From the IMG/VR virus record IMGVR_UViG_3300028920_000001, positions 62,001 through 126,000 of that record: a DNA stretch of 64,000 bases; one strand, 5' to 3'. The notes beneath the pieces were generated by a model. The model worked only from the letters and a program-made list of their open reading frames with translations, did no database searches and was not told where the DNA came from. Each line of letters begins with the position of its first letter. Position 1 is the stretch's first letter. Shown in pieces: positions 28,885 through 38,484 of the stretch. The position numbers and the translations under genes were made by a program.

Positions 28885-29211
28885 TTATGATTCCATGATT
28901 TTTCCAATCATTCTCATTTTAGCTTGATGTTCATTCATTCGATAAATTCGATACCAAAGTAAGAGTGTACCTAGCCACATGATAGAAGCCATTATACACG
29001 GATATTTATCATATACCTTCCATTTATGACTGTAATAAGAACACAGTATATAAGTGAAAAACCCAATGATAGCTGAATAAAACGGAGCAACATACCAAAT
29101 AAAAAAAGTGCTTAGTCCCAACAACATCCACAGTCCAGTATCATAGTGGACTCCATCAGATAACTCTTCTGACATAAGCCAGATTTTGATCCTACGAACT
29201 ATGGACTTCAA
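28885..29211 (-). CDS. membrane protein with C-terminal IMES tag
   Basis: 3 hydrophobic segments; ends MIGKIMES*. Confidence 0.7.
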   Translation of the reverse strand: MKSIVRRIKIWLMSEELSDGVHYDTGLWMLLGLSTFFIWYVAPFYSAIIGFFTYILCSYYSHKWKVYDKYPCIMASIMWLGTLLLWYRIYRMNEHQAKMRMIGKIMES

Positions 29212-29554
29212 TTACGTTTCTCCATTGTCGAGCTTTATCTATATTATCTCCTATCAATGATAGAGCTTGACATATCCATATTTCTGCCTCTTGAATTGCC
29301 TGGTTTAAATTAGAGACTTCATGATTAGCTAATATTGTATTCTTATTTCTGGGTTCAATATTTAAGCATACAGTCCAATCGTAAAAAGAAAAAGAAGATT
29401 TTCCAGGGAGAGCATTAAAACCCATTACAGGTTGAGATGTAAATGGTTTCGCTTTAGAAATATGAATTTCAAATGGATAAATGATTATGATACAACAATC
29501 GTCTTGTGAATAAGCAGGTTTCACTCCTAATATAGTGATATCTGAAAATTTCAT
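29192..29554 (-). CDS. hypothetical protein with variant tag (VHSS)
   Basis: ends NVIEVHSS*. Confidence 0.65.
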   Translation of the reverse strand: MKFSDITILGVKPAYSQDDCCIIIIYPFEIHISKAKPFTSQPVMGFNALPGKSSFSFYDWTVCLNIEPRNKNTILANHEVSNLNQAIQEAEIWICQALSLIGDNIDKARQWRNVIEVHSS

Positions 29555-30387
29555 CGTTTTCCAGCAAAAATAATGGCCTCTCGAGCTTCAAATCGATATT
29601 TAGCTGGGCCACCGATGTTTCGACGCCCATCAAAGTAATCAACGTCGAATCCTTCGTATAACTCAGCAGTTTTATCTGAAGCTGAATTGGTTAACACAAC
29701 CCTAGTCTTTTTAGCGATTTTTTTGAAAAACTTGGCTAATCGTTCGTGATCTTTGAGTGTAAAGCCACCTTCAGTATACTGAGAAAATTTTGCAGTATTA
29801 GAAATTGGAAGATACGGAGGATCTATATATATCCCATCAATTTCTCTAGGATCGATTGAATCGACTGATTCTTCGAAATCTGCATGGTAAATAGTAATAT
29901 TTTTTAATAATTCAGAAACTGCTCTAATATTAGCCTTGTCTAAAATAATTGGGTCAGTATATTTACCAAATGGAACGTTGAATTCGCCTTTTTGATTGAC
30001 TCGCCAAAGTCCATTAAAACAAGTTTTGTTCAAATAAATTAACCGAGCAGCTCGAGCTACTAACGTAAGCTTGGTTGAATCATAAGCCCGAATCCGTAAA
30101 TAGGCAGCTTTATCATATCGGTATTTCTTTTTCTTGAGCTCTTTAATGAGTTCTTCAGGTTCACGTTTAATCACATTCCAAGTGGTGATCAAATCATAAT
30201 TAGTATCAGCGATGACGGCCTTATTAAATCGACCATATTTAGCTAAATGAATTAAAACTGCTCCTCCCCCGACCATTGGCTCATAGTAACAATCCATATG
30301 ATCAGGTAAGCGAGATGTGATGTGCTTGACTAACCGAGATTTCCCACCAGCCCATTTGACAAAAGGATACGGAGGACGTTTGCTCAT
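29551..30387 (-). CDS. dam: Dam-family N6-adenine DNA methyltransferase
   Basis: PFVKWAGGKS, YYEPMVGGGAV, YLNKTCFNGLWRVN.KG.FNVPFG, YIDPPY. Confidence 0.93.
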   Translation of the reverse strand: MSKRPPYPFVKWAGGKSRLVKHITSRLPDHMDCYYEPMVGGGAVLIHLAKYGRFNKAVIADTNYDLITTWNVIKREPEELIKELKKKKYRYDKAAYLRIRAYDSTKLTLVARAARLIYLNKTCFNGLWRVNQKGEFNVPFGKYTDPIILDKANIRAVSELLKNITIYHADFEESVDSIDPREIDGIYIDPPYLPISNTAKFSQYTEGGFTLKDHERLAKFFKKIAKKTRVVLTNSASDKTAELYEGFDVDYFDGRRNIGGPAKYRFEAREAIIFAGKR

Positions 30388-30411
30388 GCCTAAAAATACA
30401 AGATCAAAAGG

Positions 30412-30792
30412 CTAACTTTCCATTACCTGATGAACTATATATTCTTTATCAGTTAAAAATAGAATTGAACCTGCTGCATTTTCCCCAAAACATTGCCCAT
30501 CAGGCATTTCCACATATCGTCGGACTAAACCTTTGGACTTTTGAACGTTGACAATCCCGACTTTGCCATGATAAATATGAGATTTCGGCGCTAAAAAGAA
30601 AAGGCGTACCTTAGTTCCTTTGGCAAATCGAGCCAATCTGGAGAAATCGCGTTTCCCTGGTTTATGAATTGATTCATTTTTGTATGGAATATTCAGAAAT
30701 TTATACAATTCTCGTTGAAGGGAATTGCCTTTCAAGAGCTGCTGTTTAGGAGCTCTACGGGAATAATGCGTACCGTATTTGCTCATAGTCAA
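30412..30792 (-). CDS. hypothetical protein with C-terminal VMES tag
   Basis: ends IVHQVMES*. Confidence 0.7.
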   Translation of the reverse strand: MTMSKYGTHYSRRAPKQQLLKGNSLQRELYKFLNIPYKNESIHKPGKRDFSRLARFAKGTKVRLFFLAPKSHIYHGKVGIVNVQKSKGLVRRYVEMPDGQCFGENAAGSILFLTDKEYIVHQVMES

Positions 30793-30801
30793 ATCTACAA
30801 A

Positions 30802-31005
30802 TTAGTCGTGTTTATCTTCAGTCTGTTCGGAATTTACAAACACAACCCCGCATTCAATACAAATATACGCCTTAATTCGCTTAACCGTGCCTAGACACTG
30901 ATTATTCCCGAGTTTAATTGTTGCTCCTTTAGCATCAGGGTCATCTTCCAATGGATGAAGCACGAGTTCAACTTCTTGACCAGGAATATGATCATGTACG
31001 AGCAT
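30802..31005 (-). CDS. small hypothetical protein
   Basis: CIECG. Confidence 0.55.
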   Translation of the reverse strand: MLVHDHIPGQEVELVLHPLEDDPDAKGATIKLGNNQCLGTVKRIKAYICIECGVVFVNSEQTEDKHD

Positions 31006-31007
31006 AA

Positions 31008-31268
31008 TTGTACTCTACTATAGTGAAACATATTTGGATAAAAGCTGTAGATCCTAAACTTGAAGAGACATTGGATATGTGTTCATTTATCCAATCTATT
31101 CAAAATAATTTTGGCCCCGCTAAAATATCCGGTAAAAAAAGCGATGTTTACATATGTAAGAATTGTCAACAAATCGGATTGGCTATAGTAGGGGAGCCTA
31201 TCGGTCAGCATCCACCATTAGTAAGTGATTGTGCTGAAACTATAGTTAAAAACATCATGGAATTATGA
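31008..31268 (+). CDS. hypothetical protein with variant tag (IMEL)
   Basis: ends IVKNIMEL*. Confidence 0.6.
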   Translation: MYSTIVKHIWIKAVDPKLEETLDMCSFIQSIQNNFGPAKISGKKSDVYICKNCQQIGLAIVGEPIGQHPPLVSDCAETIVKNIMEL

Positions 31269-31543
31269 ATATCAACCTAACGCAAAAATGCGTTGAGATT
31301 TATGTCCCAACAGCTAAAGATTATATTCAAATTCCGCTTAATATACTTAGTGACAAACATCGAGTTATTCGATGTATTGCAACTCATTTAATGGATTTTT
31401 GTAGATTCGACAGAGAATTTATTGAACTTACTGCAAAAGATTGCGCCACAGCTACGGCTATTTGTTGGGTGGGAGCTGAAAAAATATACGAAAACTTAGA
31501 AAAGGATCCGGATTTAACAATTTTTCGGGTTATGAATTCATAA
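31265..31543 (+). CDS. hypothetical protein with C-terminal VMNS tag
   Basis: ends TIFRVMNS*. Confidence 0.7.
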   Translation: MNINLTQKCVEIYVPTAKDYIQIPLNILSDKHRVIRCIATHLMDFCRFDREFIELTAKDCATATAICWVGAEKIYENLEKDPDLTIFRVMNS

Positions 31544-32372
31544 TTGAATCACAAACATTTAGATTACAATGCCGTTTTTTGTGAAATCTTCTAGCTTTAC
31601 CACGTTTGCGTTTATATACAATTTGACCACCACAACGTGGGCAAAACTCCTTTTTCATTAATTCTTCTCGATCCAGTTCTTCTTTCGGTTCTTCTCGATC
31701 AAATAACCCGTGCTTTTTTCCGTATGATTGATAAATTTCATTCTTATCTAAAACTTCATATGCTATTCCATCCCAGTTAACTTTATGAAATTTAATACCT
31801 GAATGTTGCCTTTTCTTTTCAGTATGAAATTTACCATCTACATTAGACCAAACCTTATTTAATTTAAAATTATTGGTTCGTTTTTCTTTGTGTCTCTGCT
31901 TTCGTTTAATTCGAGCAGCTCTTTTCATTAAGGCACTGTGTCCTAAACCAGTGCGATAACGTAGAACTCGAGTCGAAACTCCCCATAATTCATATCCCCA
32001 GTCCCCATCTTTAATTTTGCAAACCCAACCTAAAGTTGGATGCCATTCAATTGTATCACCCAATAATTTCAAAGTATTAGGTTTATCATTTTCATCATAA
32101 CGAGGATATTGGATTTTTTTCAAAAATCCAGCTTTAGTTAGTCGATTTAAAGCAGGACCAACCAAATTTATAGGCAACCCTAAAGTCTTAGCTATATTGT
32201 CTTTAATTATAATATATGGAGGATCATACTTTCGGCGACCGTACCTTTCCATTACGGTTCTCGGATAAAGATATTTTTTAATTACTTCTTCAGCTGCTCC
32301 GATTGGAGGACATTTATCCGACTTCCGCTTTAGCTGGCGGACAGGAGGTTCTTCTCCGAACAATGCGTCCAC
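31530..32372 (-). CDS. basic hypothetical protein with C-terminal IMNS tag
   Basis: ends VCDSIMNS*. Confidence 0.7.
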   Translation of the reverse strand: MDALFGEEPPVRQLKRKSDKCPPIGAAEEVIKKYLYPRTVMERYGRRKYDPPYIIIKDNIAKTLGLPINLVGPALNRLTKAGFLKKIQYPRYDENDKPNTLKLLGDTIEWHPTLGWVCKIKDGDWGYELWGVSTRVLRYRTGLGHSALMKRAARIKRKQRHKEKRTNNFKLNKVWSNVDGKFHTEKKRQHSGIKFHKVNWDGIAYEVLDKNEIYQSYGKKHGLFDREEPKEELDREELMKKEFCPRCGGQIVYKRKRGKARRFHKKRHCNLNVCDSIMNS

Positions 32373-32506
32373 GAAAACCCTCGATAAACTTATCGGCTAG
32401 CTTATAACACTCTACACATAAAAGAATTTTCCTTACGGGAGTTTTTCCATCCGGAGAAATTAATACTATTGAACCGTATTTGTTAGATTGTTTTCCACAA
32501 ATGCAC

Positions 32507-33592
32507 TCAATAGTCGGCATAATCCATACTAAAACTAACTAATTGTGACTGAATTTCATTTTGCTGTTGCTGTTGCTGTTGATTCTGTTTTAATAAAGTG
32601 TCAAGATACTCTTGTACTCGAGGATTTTGAGGAGGACGGCGACTGATTAATGCATTATAAGTACCAGTACGTTTTCCAGGCCAAGCTTTATTGATTTTAC
32701 ATGAACCTCCCGTTCCATATCCTGTAAAAGTAGCAGTAATCCAATCATTAGTTTGAGAAGAACGAGAACAACGCAAACGATGGACTGCTAAATGCCTACC
32801 TGATACAATAAAACATCGCCGGGTAGAATCATAATCTATCCCAACTAAATCATCAGCAGTCCACCCATTCGGAGTTTTACCTTGACCTAAATTTATTTGA
32901 CCAAGACAAACTGATCGACAAGTCCCGGGGATTCGATGAGCATTCTTAGCCCAAGCAGGAGCACGTTGACCAAACTTGGGATGACCCTTATTATATTCCC
33001 ACTGACAATCACCTCTAGAAGCAAATCCCTCTCCAGAGTGCACATCTCTTCTTAATCCAGACTCGTAGATAGCCACCGTAATCATCATGTACATGAGTTG
33101 ATTTGGTGCCCAACGCCACGGTCTACTGGATTTAAGAGCTCTGCATTTATCAGGAGTTCGTCCCTGTTTAGCTTCTGATTTACAGAACTTAACTAATTTT
33201 GGATCCTTAGCTGCTCTAATTGATAATTCGCGCGAAACGTCATATGCAGCTTTGGCGATGATGACATATCGTTCTAATGCTTCTTCATACGTTTCAGGAC
33301 GAGTGAAAGACTGAGCCTTGGCTTCTGCCTCTAGTTCTTTGTAATTAGCCCATCGGTGTGGATTGCTTCGACGTTCATCCATAAAATCTGACAAATTACG
33401 ATTATATAAATACTTTTCAAATTTTGGCTTCTTGCAACGCCAATCATGTTCATTTTCACAAAGCAATGTGTCTTGACACGATGCATCACAATAAGGAATT
33501 TCAACGCGACTGTACATGCTTTTCCCTGGTGAAATTGCGTTCACTAGAGACAGCACTAAAGCCATTACCTTAGGCGGTAAAACAAATGACAT
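32507..33592 (-). CDS. exported lysozyme-like/lytic transglycosylase-like protein
   Basis: signal-like N-terminus; AIYESGLRRDVHSG...RGD...SVCLGQI (catalytic-Glu ES motif plus GQI); polyQ near C-terminus. Confidence 0.45.
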   Translation of the reverse strand: MSFVLPPKVMALVLSLVNAISPGKSMYSRVEIPYCDASCQDTLLCENEHDWRCKKPKFEKYLYNRNLSDFMDERRSNPHRWANYKELEAEAKAQSFTRPETYEEALERYVIIAKAAYDVSRELSIRAAKDPKLVKFCKSEAKQGRTPDKCRALKSSRPWRWAPNQLMYMMITVAIYESGLRRDVHSGEGFASRGDCQWEYNKGHPKFGQRAPAWAKNAHRIPGTCRSVCLGQINLGQGKTPNGWTADDLVGIDYDSTRRCFIVSGRHLAVHRLRCSRSSQTNDWITATFTGYGTGGSCKINKAWPGKRTGTYNALISRRPPQNPRVQEYLDTLLKQNQQQQQQQNEIQSQLVSFSMDYADY

Positions 33593-33783
33593 AGGATACC
33601 CTCGTTACCGTTATAGATGGCGCACAAGCGTTTGGGTATGATATTTAGCTTGTGGACTACATCCATCGATAAATCGGAGATTGAAATTCTACCCGGTTTG
33701 TCGATAGACTTTTAAACGGCCATAACAAACTTGTCTTTGCTATCACGAAAGCACTATACACTAAAAGAAATTATCAATAGCAT

Positions 33784-33849
33784 TCAGGGCGGCCCATGAA
33801 CTGGGTCGCCCTGATTTGAAATGGGTTAAGTCCTATTGGAACTTAACCC
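33784..33849. other. two tandem stem-loops
   Basis: TCAGGGCGGCCCA/TGGGTCGCCCTGA (33784-33814) and GGGTTAAG/CTTAACCC (33823-33849). Confidence 0.6.
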
Positions 33850-33863
33850 GCCTTTCTCATTGT

Positions 33864-33917
33864 ACGGTAACCTTTAATCGCCGGCCCAAATTGGGCAAAA
33901 ATTTGACCAAAGGTCGT
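33864..33917 (-). ncRNA. circularly permuted Y-RNA-like module
   Basis: ACCUUUGGUC-AAAUUUUU-GCCC-AAUUU-GGGC-CGGC-GAUUAAAGGU-UACCG. Confidence 0.65.
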
Positions 33918-33975
33918 TATATGGTTATTATCCCATATAAAATTACATCTATAAATAGGTGAAGATCTCATCTAT

Positions 33976-34105
33976 TAGTGAAAGGGGCAGGATTCGAACC
34001 CGCGACACTATGCTTTGCAACGATAACCCTAATCCTACGACCCGGGACGGGTAAAAAGGCGGAAAAGGTCTCTAACACATGCTCTACCAACTGAGCTACC
34101 CTTTC
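33976..34105 (-). ncRNA. tRNA-scaffold / Y-module chimera 1 (130 nt)
   Basis: acceptor GAAAGGG/CCCUUUC, canonical D and T arms, anticodon loop replaced by about 61 nt containing UUUUUACCC-GUCCC-GGGUCGUAGGAUUAGGGUUAUCG. Confidence 0.8.
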
Positions 34106-34108
34106 AAA

Positions 34109-34178
34109 ACGGGTAAAGAATTGATACCGGACTGTTGTCTTCAGAAAAGAGGGCGATAACCCGATATCTCCGACCCGT
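34109..34178 (-). ncRNA. Y-RNA-like RNA (70 nt)
   Basis: 5' ACGGGUCGGAGAUAUCGGGUUAUCG ... AAUUCUUUACCCGU 3'; promoter motif TGTAAAGT 5 nt upstream. Confidence 0.75.
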
Positions 34179-34199
34179 ATCAAACTTTACACCTGAAAA

Positions 34200-34610
34200 T
34201 TAACTTTCAAGTATATCTTCAATTATTATCATATTAACCATCTCGATCATAGTTTCATATGATAATAATTTAACCGCTGATTTTAGCATCCCACGAAATT
34301 GAAGTAAACAAATATTAGCCCTATAAGTATTTTGAGCAAATTCGTTCAATTCAATAAATTTTTGAAATCCATCTAGTTTCAAAAGTGAGTCAGAATCAAC
34401 TGGTTCAAATATATCTTCTCCTAATTCTTGAGCAAAATCGCATATAATATGAAATGCTAGTTCTCTCTTATTCATAAATCGAAAGAAACTGATTTGAGTT
34501 CGAGAACAAACTGGTGGTAATTTATAAATTACTTCATATGATTTAAGATCAGTAGAAATGTTTTCTATTTGAGCAAGCCCTAAACAATTAGCAAGTTGCT
34601 CAAGATTCAT
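34200..34610 (-). CDS. hypothetical protein with variant tag (ILES)
   Basis: ends IIEDILES*. Confidence 0.65.
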   Translation of the reverse strand: MNLEQLANCLGLAQIENISTDLKSYEVIYKLPPVCSRTQISFFRFMNKRELAFHIICDFAQELGEDIFEPVDSDSLLKLDGFQKFIELNEFAQNTYRANICLLQFRGMLKSAVKLLSYETMIEMVNMIIIEDILES

Positions 34611-34927
34611 GAATTCATTACCTGAAAAACTGGATTACGTTGTTGACAGATATGACAAATAGCTTTATCATTATCACTCAAATCTTTAGACCATTTAATA
34701 CGTGAAGAATACCACCAATTAGTAGGCATCCAGCGAAGCCGAAGCTTTTTACATTGAGGGCAACGACGATAACGCTTTGAATTATATTTTCTTTTACCCT
34801 TAAATTTGAAATGACTCTCTCGAGCTCGATTTAACATGACGAAGTAGGAGGGAGAGCCCTGCCCAGACTCTCCCTCCTCTCCTAGTTTAGAATTCACCCT
34901 TCGAGAAGGATATCGAAACGTTGGCAT
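34607..34927 (-). CDS. basic zinc-binding hypothetical protein with VMNS tag
   Basis: CPQC..CHIC; ends PVFQVMNS*. Confidence 0.65.
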   Translation of the reverse strand: MPTFRYPSRRVNSKLGEEGESGQGSPSYFVMLNRARESHFKFKGKRKYNSKRYRRCPQCKKLRLRWMPTNWWYSSRIKWSKDLSDNDKAICHICQQRNPVFQVMNS

Positions 34928-35050
34928 CGCTCACGAATAACCTTCTCAATCAGTGTTGCAGATGACTCAGCGATTTCCTGCTCTAGTTTGCTTCGCTTCT
35001 GCAATGCGGCCTCCCCTGTTCGTTCGTGTTTGACATATATATCTCCGGGC

Positions 35051-35869
35051 CTACTGGTAGATATTAACTACTGCATTATTACCGTACACTTCTTTAGCTC
35101 GTTGATCATAAGCCATGGCAGCTAATTCTTCTGTTTCAAAACTACCTATAACACGGGTCTTTCCATCGTAAAACAAACGAGCCCTCCAACTTTTACCTCC
35201 TTTTGGTTTATATACTCCCTTATACTTAGAAGTCTTCTTTTTATTCAGGGCTACTCGATCAAAGATGTCTTTCTTTCGTTCCATCCAAACTGAAGCATCT
35301 TTGTACATCCATTCTTTAATACGTAGTATTTCATATTTGCTGCTCCATTGAATCTTGTGGCATTTCTGAAATATAATTTTAGTATTCCTAATACTAAGCC
35401 TGTTTACCAAGATTGATTTAATGAATTGAACGAATTCGTATGTTCCAACAAAATAAACACAAAATAATCCATTCTTCTTTTGACTTATTCCTCCATCTCC
35501 GTCAAAATATCCTCGTATGAAATGATGGACTAATTCTAAAGGAATATAGTCGAATACTTTAGAATTTAATACTTTAGTCTTCTGCTTTGGTACGTCTTTG
35601 TCTAAAATAGAATTACATAAATATTTAGAAGATAACAAACATCGAACATGCTCATAGTTTTTACGAGTTCTTTTATCGTAAGAAGTTTTAATTCGCACAG
35701 AAACATTAAATATGGAAGCCAATTTATCTAAATGCAATTTATCTTTAGATGATAAATAAAAACAAACCTGTTTTCCATTTGGATAAATGCATCCATCGGC
35801 ACAGAAGAATCCAAACCAGTAGGCTTGCTCTTCTGTGCCGATGGTGTCGAAGAATTCTTGTCTCTTCAT
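35051..35869 (-). mobile_element. LAGLIDADG homing endonuclease with C-terminal AP2 domain
   Basis: YWFGFFCADGCI, HFIRGYFDGDGGI; AP2 KYKGVY...WRARL...IGSFETEELAAMAYD. Confidence 0.88.
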
Positions 35870-35891
35870 GCCCTTTACAGGGCATTAAAGA

Positions 35892-37637
35892 TTAAAATTC
35901 TCCTTTGGAGAAAGAAGAAATAAGATCGGGGACTGAAGTATCCATGCCACAAATGTCCAACATTCCAGGATCACGCGGGTCAGCGATGGTAAATTTATCG
36001 CTGGTTAGACCGCAAACAATCAGCCGAGCTTGACGGCCCATTTCCTGCCGATACTTACGCAGGGCCTGAAAGGGCTGCATGCGGCCGGCCCACGTTTCAT
36101 TGTCCGTGTAGACCATGAACGTATCAACTTCGATCTTGTGCTTTAGAGCATACAGCATTGGCTGTGAGCAATCAGTTCCACCGAAGTCTTGACGGGCAGT
36201 GACTTCACAAACCTGATCCAGCCGCATTTTCGGGCTGATATTCAGAACAGTTACGCCACTATCAGGATCGCTGGAAGAATTATTACGACTACCCCAACCC
36301 CAACCGCCACCGGATTCACAAGTGAATCCGATTACCTGCCAATTCTGCTCGAGCTTAGCAGTAACCATGGCCATAGCAGCTGCGGCTTCACGACAAGTCA
36401 AAGTACCACATCCTTGGATGGCAGAGCCCATAGACCCAGAAACATCCAAAGCAAGCAAGTAGTTTTTACCTGTCGGCTGAACTGACTTGAATGCCGTATA
36501 AAATGCAGAATCCATGGCATCAATTACTTGAGTTACTGGGCTCCAGCTGAGTTTACCCTTATCACCATGACCAGATTGATACTGCTTCATAGCAATCAGG
36601 ATCTTCATCGGGTGAAGACGACTCTTACGGATGGCTTCCTCGTTGGCGAACTGTTCAGCTACTTTCTTGGAAGCGGCACTCATCGGCTTGATTAGTCCAC
36701 AAGCCGTCATAACTCCCAAATTACGCGTTAGCGCTGTCATCGGAAGACCACGGTCGAGCAGAGCCTCCCAAATCTCAGGCTCTTTCTTCCACTGAGTCGG
36801 AAGCATCTCATGGCTGAGCCAATATTCATGAATCAACTTGATTACTTCCGCCTTTGATTCGGCCAGCTGGACGGCTTCGAAACCATGGACCAGCTTCGGC
36901 AGAGCTTCCCGATTGAGCTCCTCATAGGAGTCCATACGAGAGTCCTTCTTCTGGCCCTTTCTGAGCACTTCTCGGGCCTCGAGGCTACCATCTTGGGTAA
37001 CCCACCGAAATAGCGCTTGATAAGCTCCGGAATCCATTTCCGGGTCACGACGGACCAATTCAAATGGGTTGGCGTGGCTCAGCTTCAGAAGATCCTTGTG
37101 GGACCATCCATTTCGTTGCTGATACTTGACCAATTGAAGAGCCAACTTATCGGCCGGCTTATCGAGATACCAATTAGCTACAGCATTCCGAAGAGCCCGT
37201 CCCCAACGCCGGAAATTCTCAACATCAGCCGCAAAGTTGAATAGATCAGTACCAATACGGCAAACCTTCGGTAAAGCTTGAAGGGCCGCCTTTCGCACTT
37301 CATTATCCGAATGACCGGCTGCCATGGCGAGACAGAATACTGCCGGATCATTTTTGACCGCACGACCTGCCTGGCTGATTTCAGCGATACGCTTGACTGT
37401 CCGGATACCGTCTTGTTTCAGACACTCCCCAATTGCCTTAGCATTTTCCTTGACGAGCTTTTTCTCGCCAACGTAATAAGTCGAACCCTCAGCACCAAGA
37501 ATCAAAAACCGGTCTAAGCTAGTCCAGCAATCGACCTGCCAAACATAACCGCCTGCACGGTTCTTGACCTGATCCTCACGAGCTTGCTCACTCTGAGAAG
37601 TTACTCGTGGATTGACAATTTCTCCATACCTGGTCAT
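35892..37637 (-). CDS. rsr: Ro60 / TROVE-domain RNA-binding protein with vWA domain (Rsr-like)
   Basis: start MTRYG at 37637 after AGGAG; NRAGGY, LDRFLILGAEG.TYY, KYQQRNGWSHKDLLKLSH, ALTRNLG.MT, RLHP, vWA LALDVSGSM, TDNETW, D..MLD.CG.D. Confidence 0.93.
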   Translation of the reverse strand: MTRYGEIVNPRVTSQSEQAREDQVKNRAGGYVWQVDCWTSLDRFLILGAEGSTYYVGEKKLVKENAKAIGECLKQDGIRTVKRIAEISQAGRAVKNDPAVFCLAMAAGHSDNEVRKAALQALPKVCRIGTDLFNFAADVENFRRWGRALRNAVANWYLDKPADKLALQLVKYQQRNGWSHKDLLKLSHANPFELVRRDPEMDSGAYQALFRWVTQDGSLEAREVLRKGQKKDSRMDSYEELNREALPKLVHGFEAVQLAESKAEVIKLIHEYWLSHEMLPTQWKKEPEIWEALLDRGLPMTALTRNLGVMTACGLIKPMSAASKKVAEQFANEEAIRKSRLHPMKILIAMKQYQSGHGDKGKLSWSPVTQVIDAMDSAFYTAFKSVQPTGKNYLLALDVSGSMGSAIQGCGTLTCREAAAAMAMVTAKLEQNWQVIGFTCESGGGWGWGSRNNSSSDPDSGVTVLNISPKMRLDQVCEVTARQDFGGTDCSQPMLYALKHKIEVDTFMVYTDNETWAGRMQPFQALRKYRQEMGRQARLIVCGLTSDKFTIADPRDPGMLDICGMDTSVPDLISSFSKGEF

Positions 37638-37695
37638 GGTTTTTTCTCCTTGAACGGCCCGAAATTCAGGCAAAAACCCAGATAGCGAAATCTGG
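37638..37695 (-). promoter_or_regulatory. Y-RNA-like module in the Ro60 5' UTR overlapping its Shine-Dalgarno
   Basis: GGUUUUU-GCCUG-AAUUU-CGGGC-CGUUC-AAGGAG-AAAAAACC-AUG. Confidence 0.6.
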
Positions 37696-37753
37696 AAAAA
37701 TCTACATTTGAGAAATCCGGCTTTACGATTATTATTGTCAGTTTCTTGAAGAA

Positions 37754-38260
37754 ATGAGCAAAAATGATGGAAAGAATGGAGATACAGCTAAAAAGGGTCT
37801 ACTTTATCTTTTAGTTGGTCTGACTCCTGTAACCATTTTGTCGATTGTTGCTTTCGGCACTAGTGATCCTAAAGAAGGAGGTAAATCTGCTCTAAAAGGA
37901 TTAGTCCAGGCTTTTATTAATGCTGGTCCATTAGGCTTAGCTGCTTTCATATTTATTTTATCTACTTTTATTCTCGGATACTTGGCCTGGAAATCTAAAC
38001 AAGAACAAATCCAATTCATGGAAAGCGTAATTGACGCTGGAAAAGAAGAAATTAAAGAAAACCAAAACTTCACCAATACCCAAACTAAAGCATATCTAGA
38101 ATTAGCTGATACCATTAAAGAAAGCAATACCAAAATTCATGAGCTTGTCAAGGCATTATCTGCAGCAGAAAAAAAGTTAACCAAACGGGTTGATGCTATT
38201 GCATTATCCGATCCTCATGTCGATACGTCAAGATATTTAGCTCAAAGAGGCGAGGATTAA
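37754..38260 (+). CDS. 2-TM membrane protein (holin-like/lysis-module candidate)
   Basis: two TM helices plus coiled-coil C-terminus. Confidence 0.5.
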   Translation: MSKNDGKNGDTAKKGLLYLLVGLTPVTILSIVAFGTSDPKEGGKSALKGLVQAFINAGPLGLAAFIFILSTFILGYLAWKSKQEQIQFMESVIDAGKEEIKENQNFTNTQTKAYLELADTIKESNTKIHELVKALSAAEKKLTKRVDAIALSDPHVDTSRYLAQRGED

Positions 38261-38484
38261 TGTCAATTATGAAATCCGTTTCTGTTTTTTTCACTACCCT
38301 CTTTGGGACAAGCCAAGCTGAAAAAGAGCTACGTAAGCAGTTCGAATCAACGCTTCAACATAAGAGGGAACGAGCCTCTAATTTAGCATTAGCTAAAGAA
38401 GCGTTGGAAGAAGCCCAACGGAAAATACATATTAGAACTGATGAACTCGAGGGGAATGTGAAAAGAGAGAGCATAAATGGCTAG
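38260..38484 (+). CDS. small coiled-coil protein
   Basis: coupled between two membrane genes. Confidence 0.55.
   Translation: MSIMKSVSVFFTTLFGTSQAEKELRKQFESTLQHKRERASNLALAKEALEEAQRKIHIRTDELEGNVKRESING

Noticed and set aside
33784-33814. Rho-independent terminator
   Set aside because: Strong stem but no clear U-tract on the transcribed (minus) strand; listed only as a hairpin.
33976-34105. Intron-containing tRNAs (also 50504-50633)
   Set aside because: Inserts of about 60 nt are far too short for group I/II introns, no bulge-helix-bulge was seen, removal does not give an obvious canonical anticodon loop, and the insert motif also occurs outside tRNAs.
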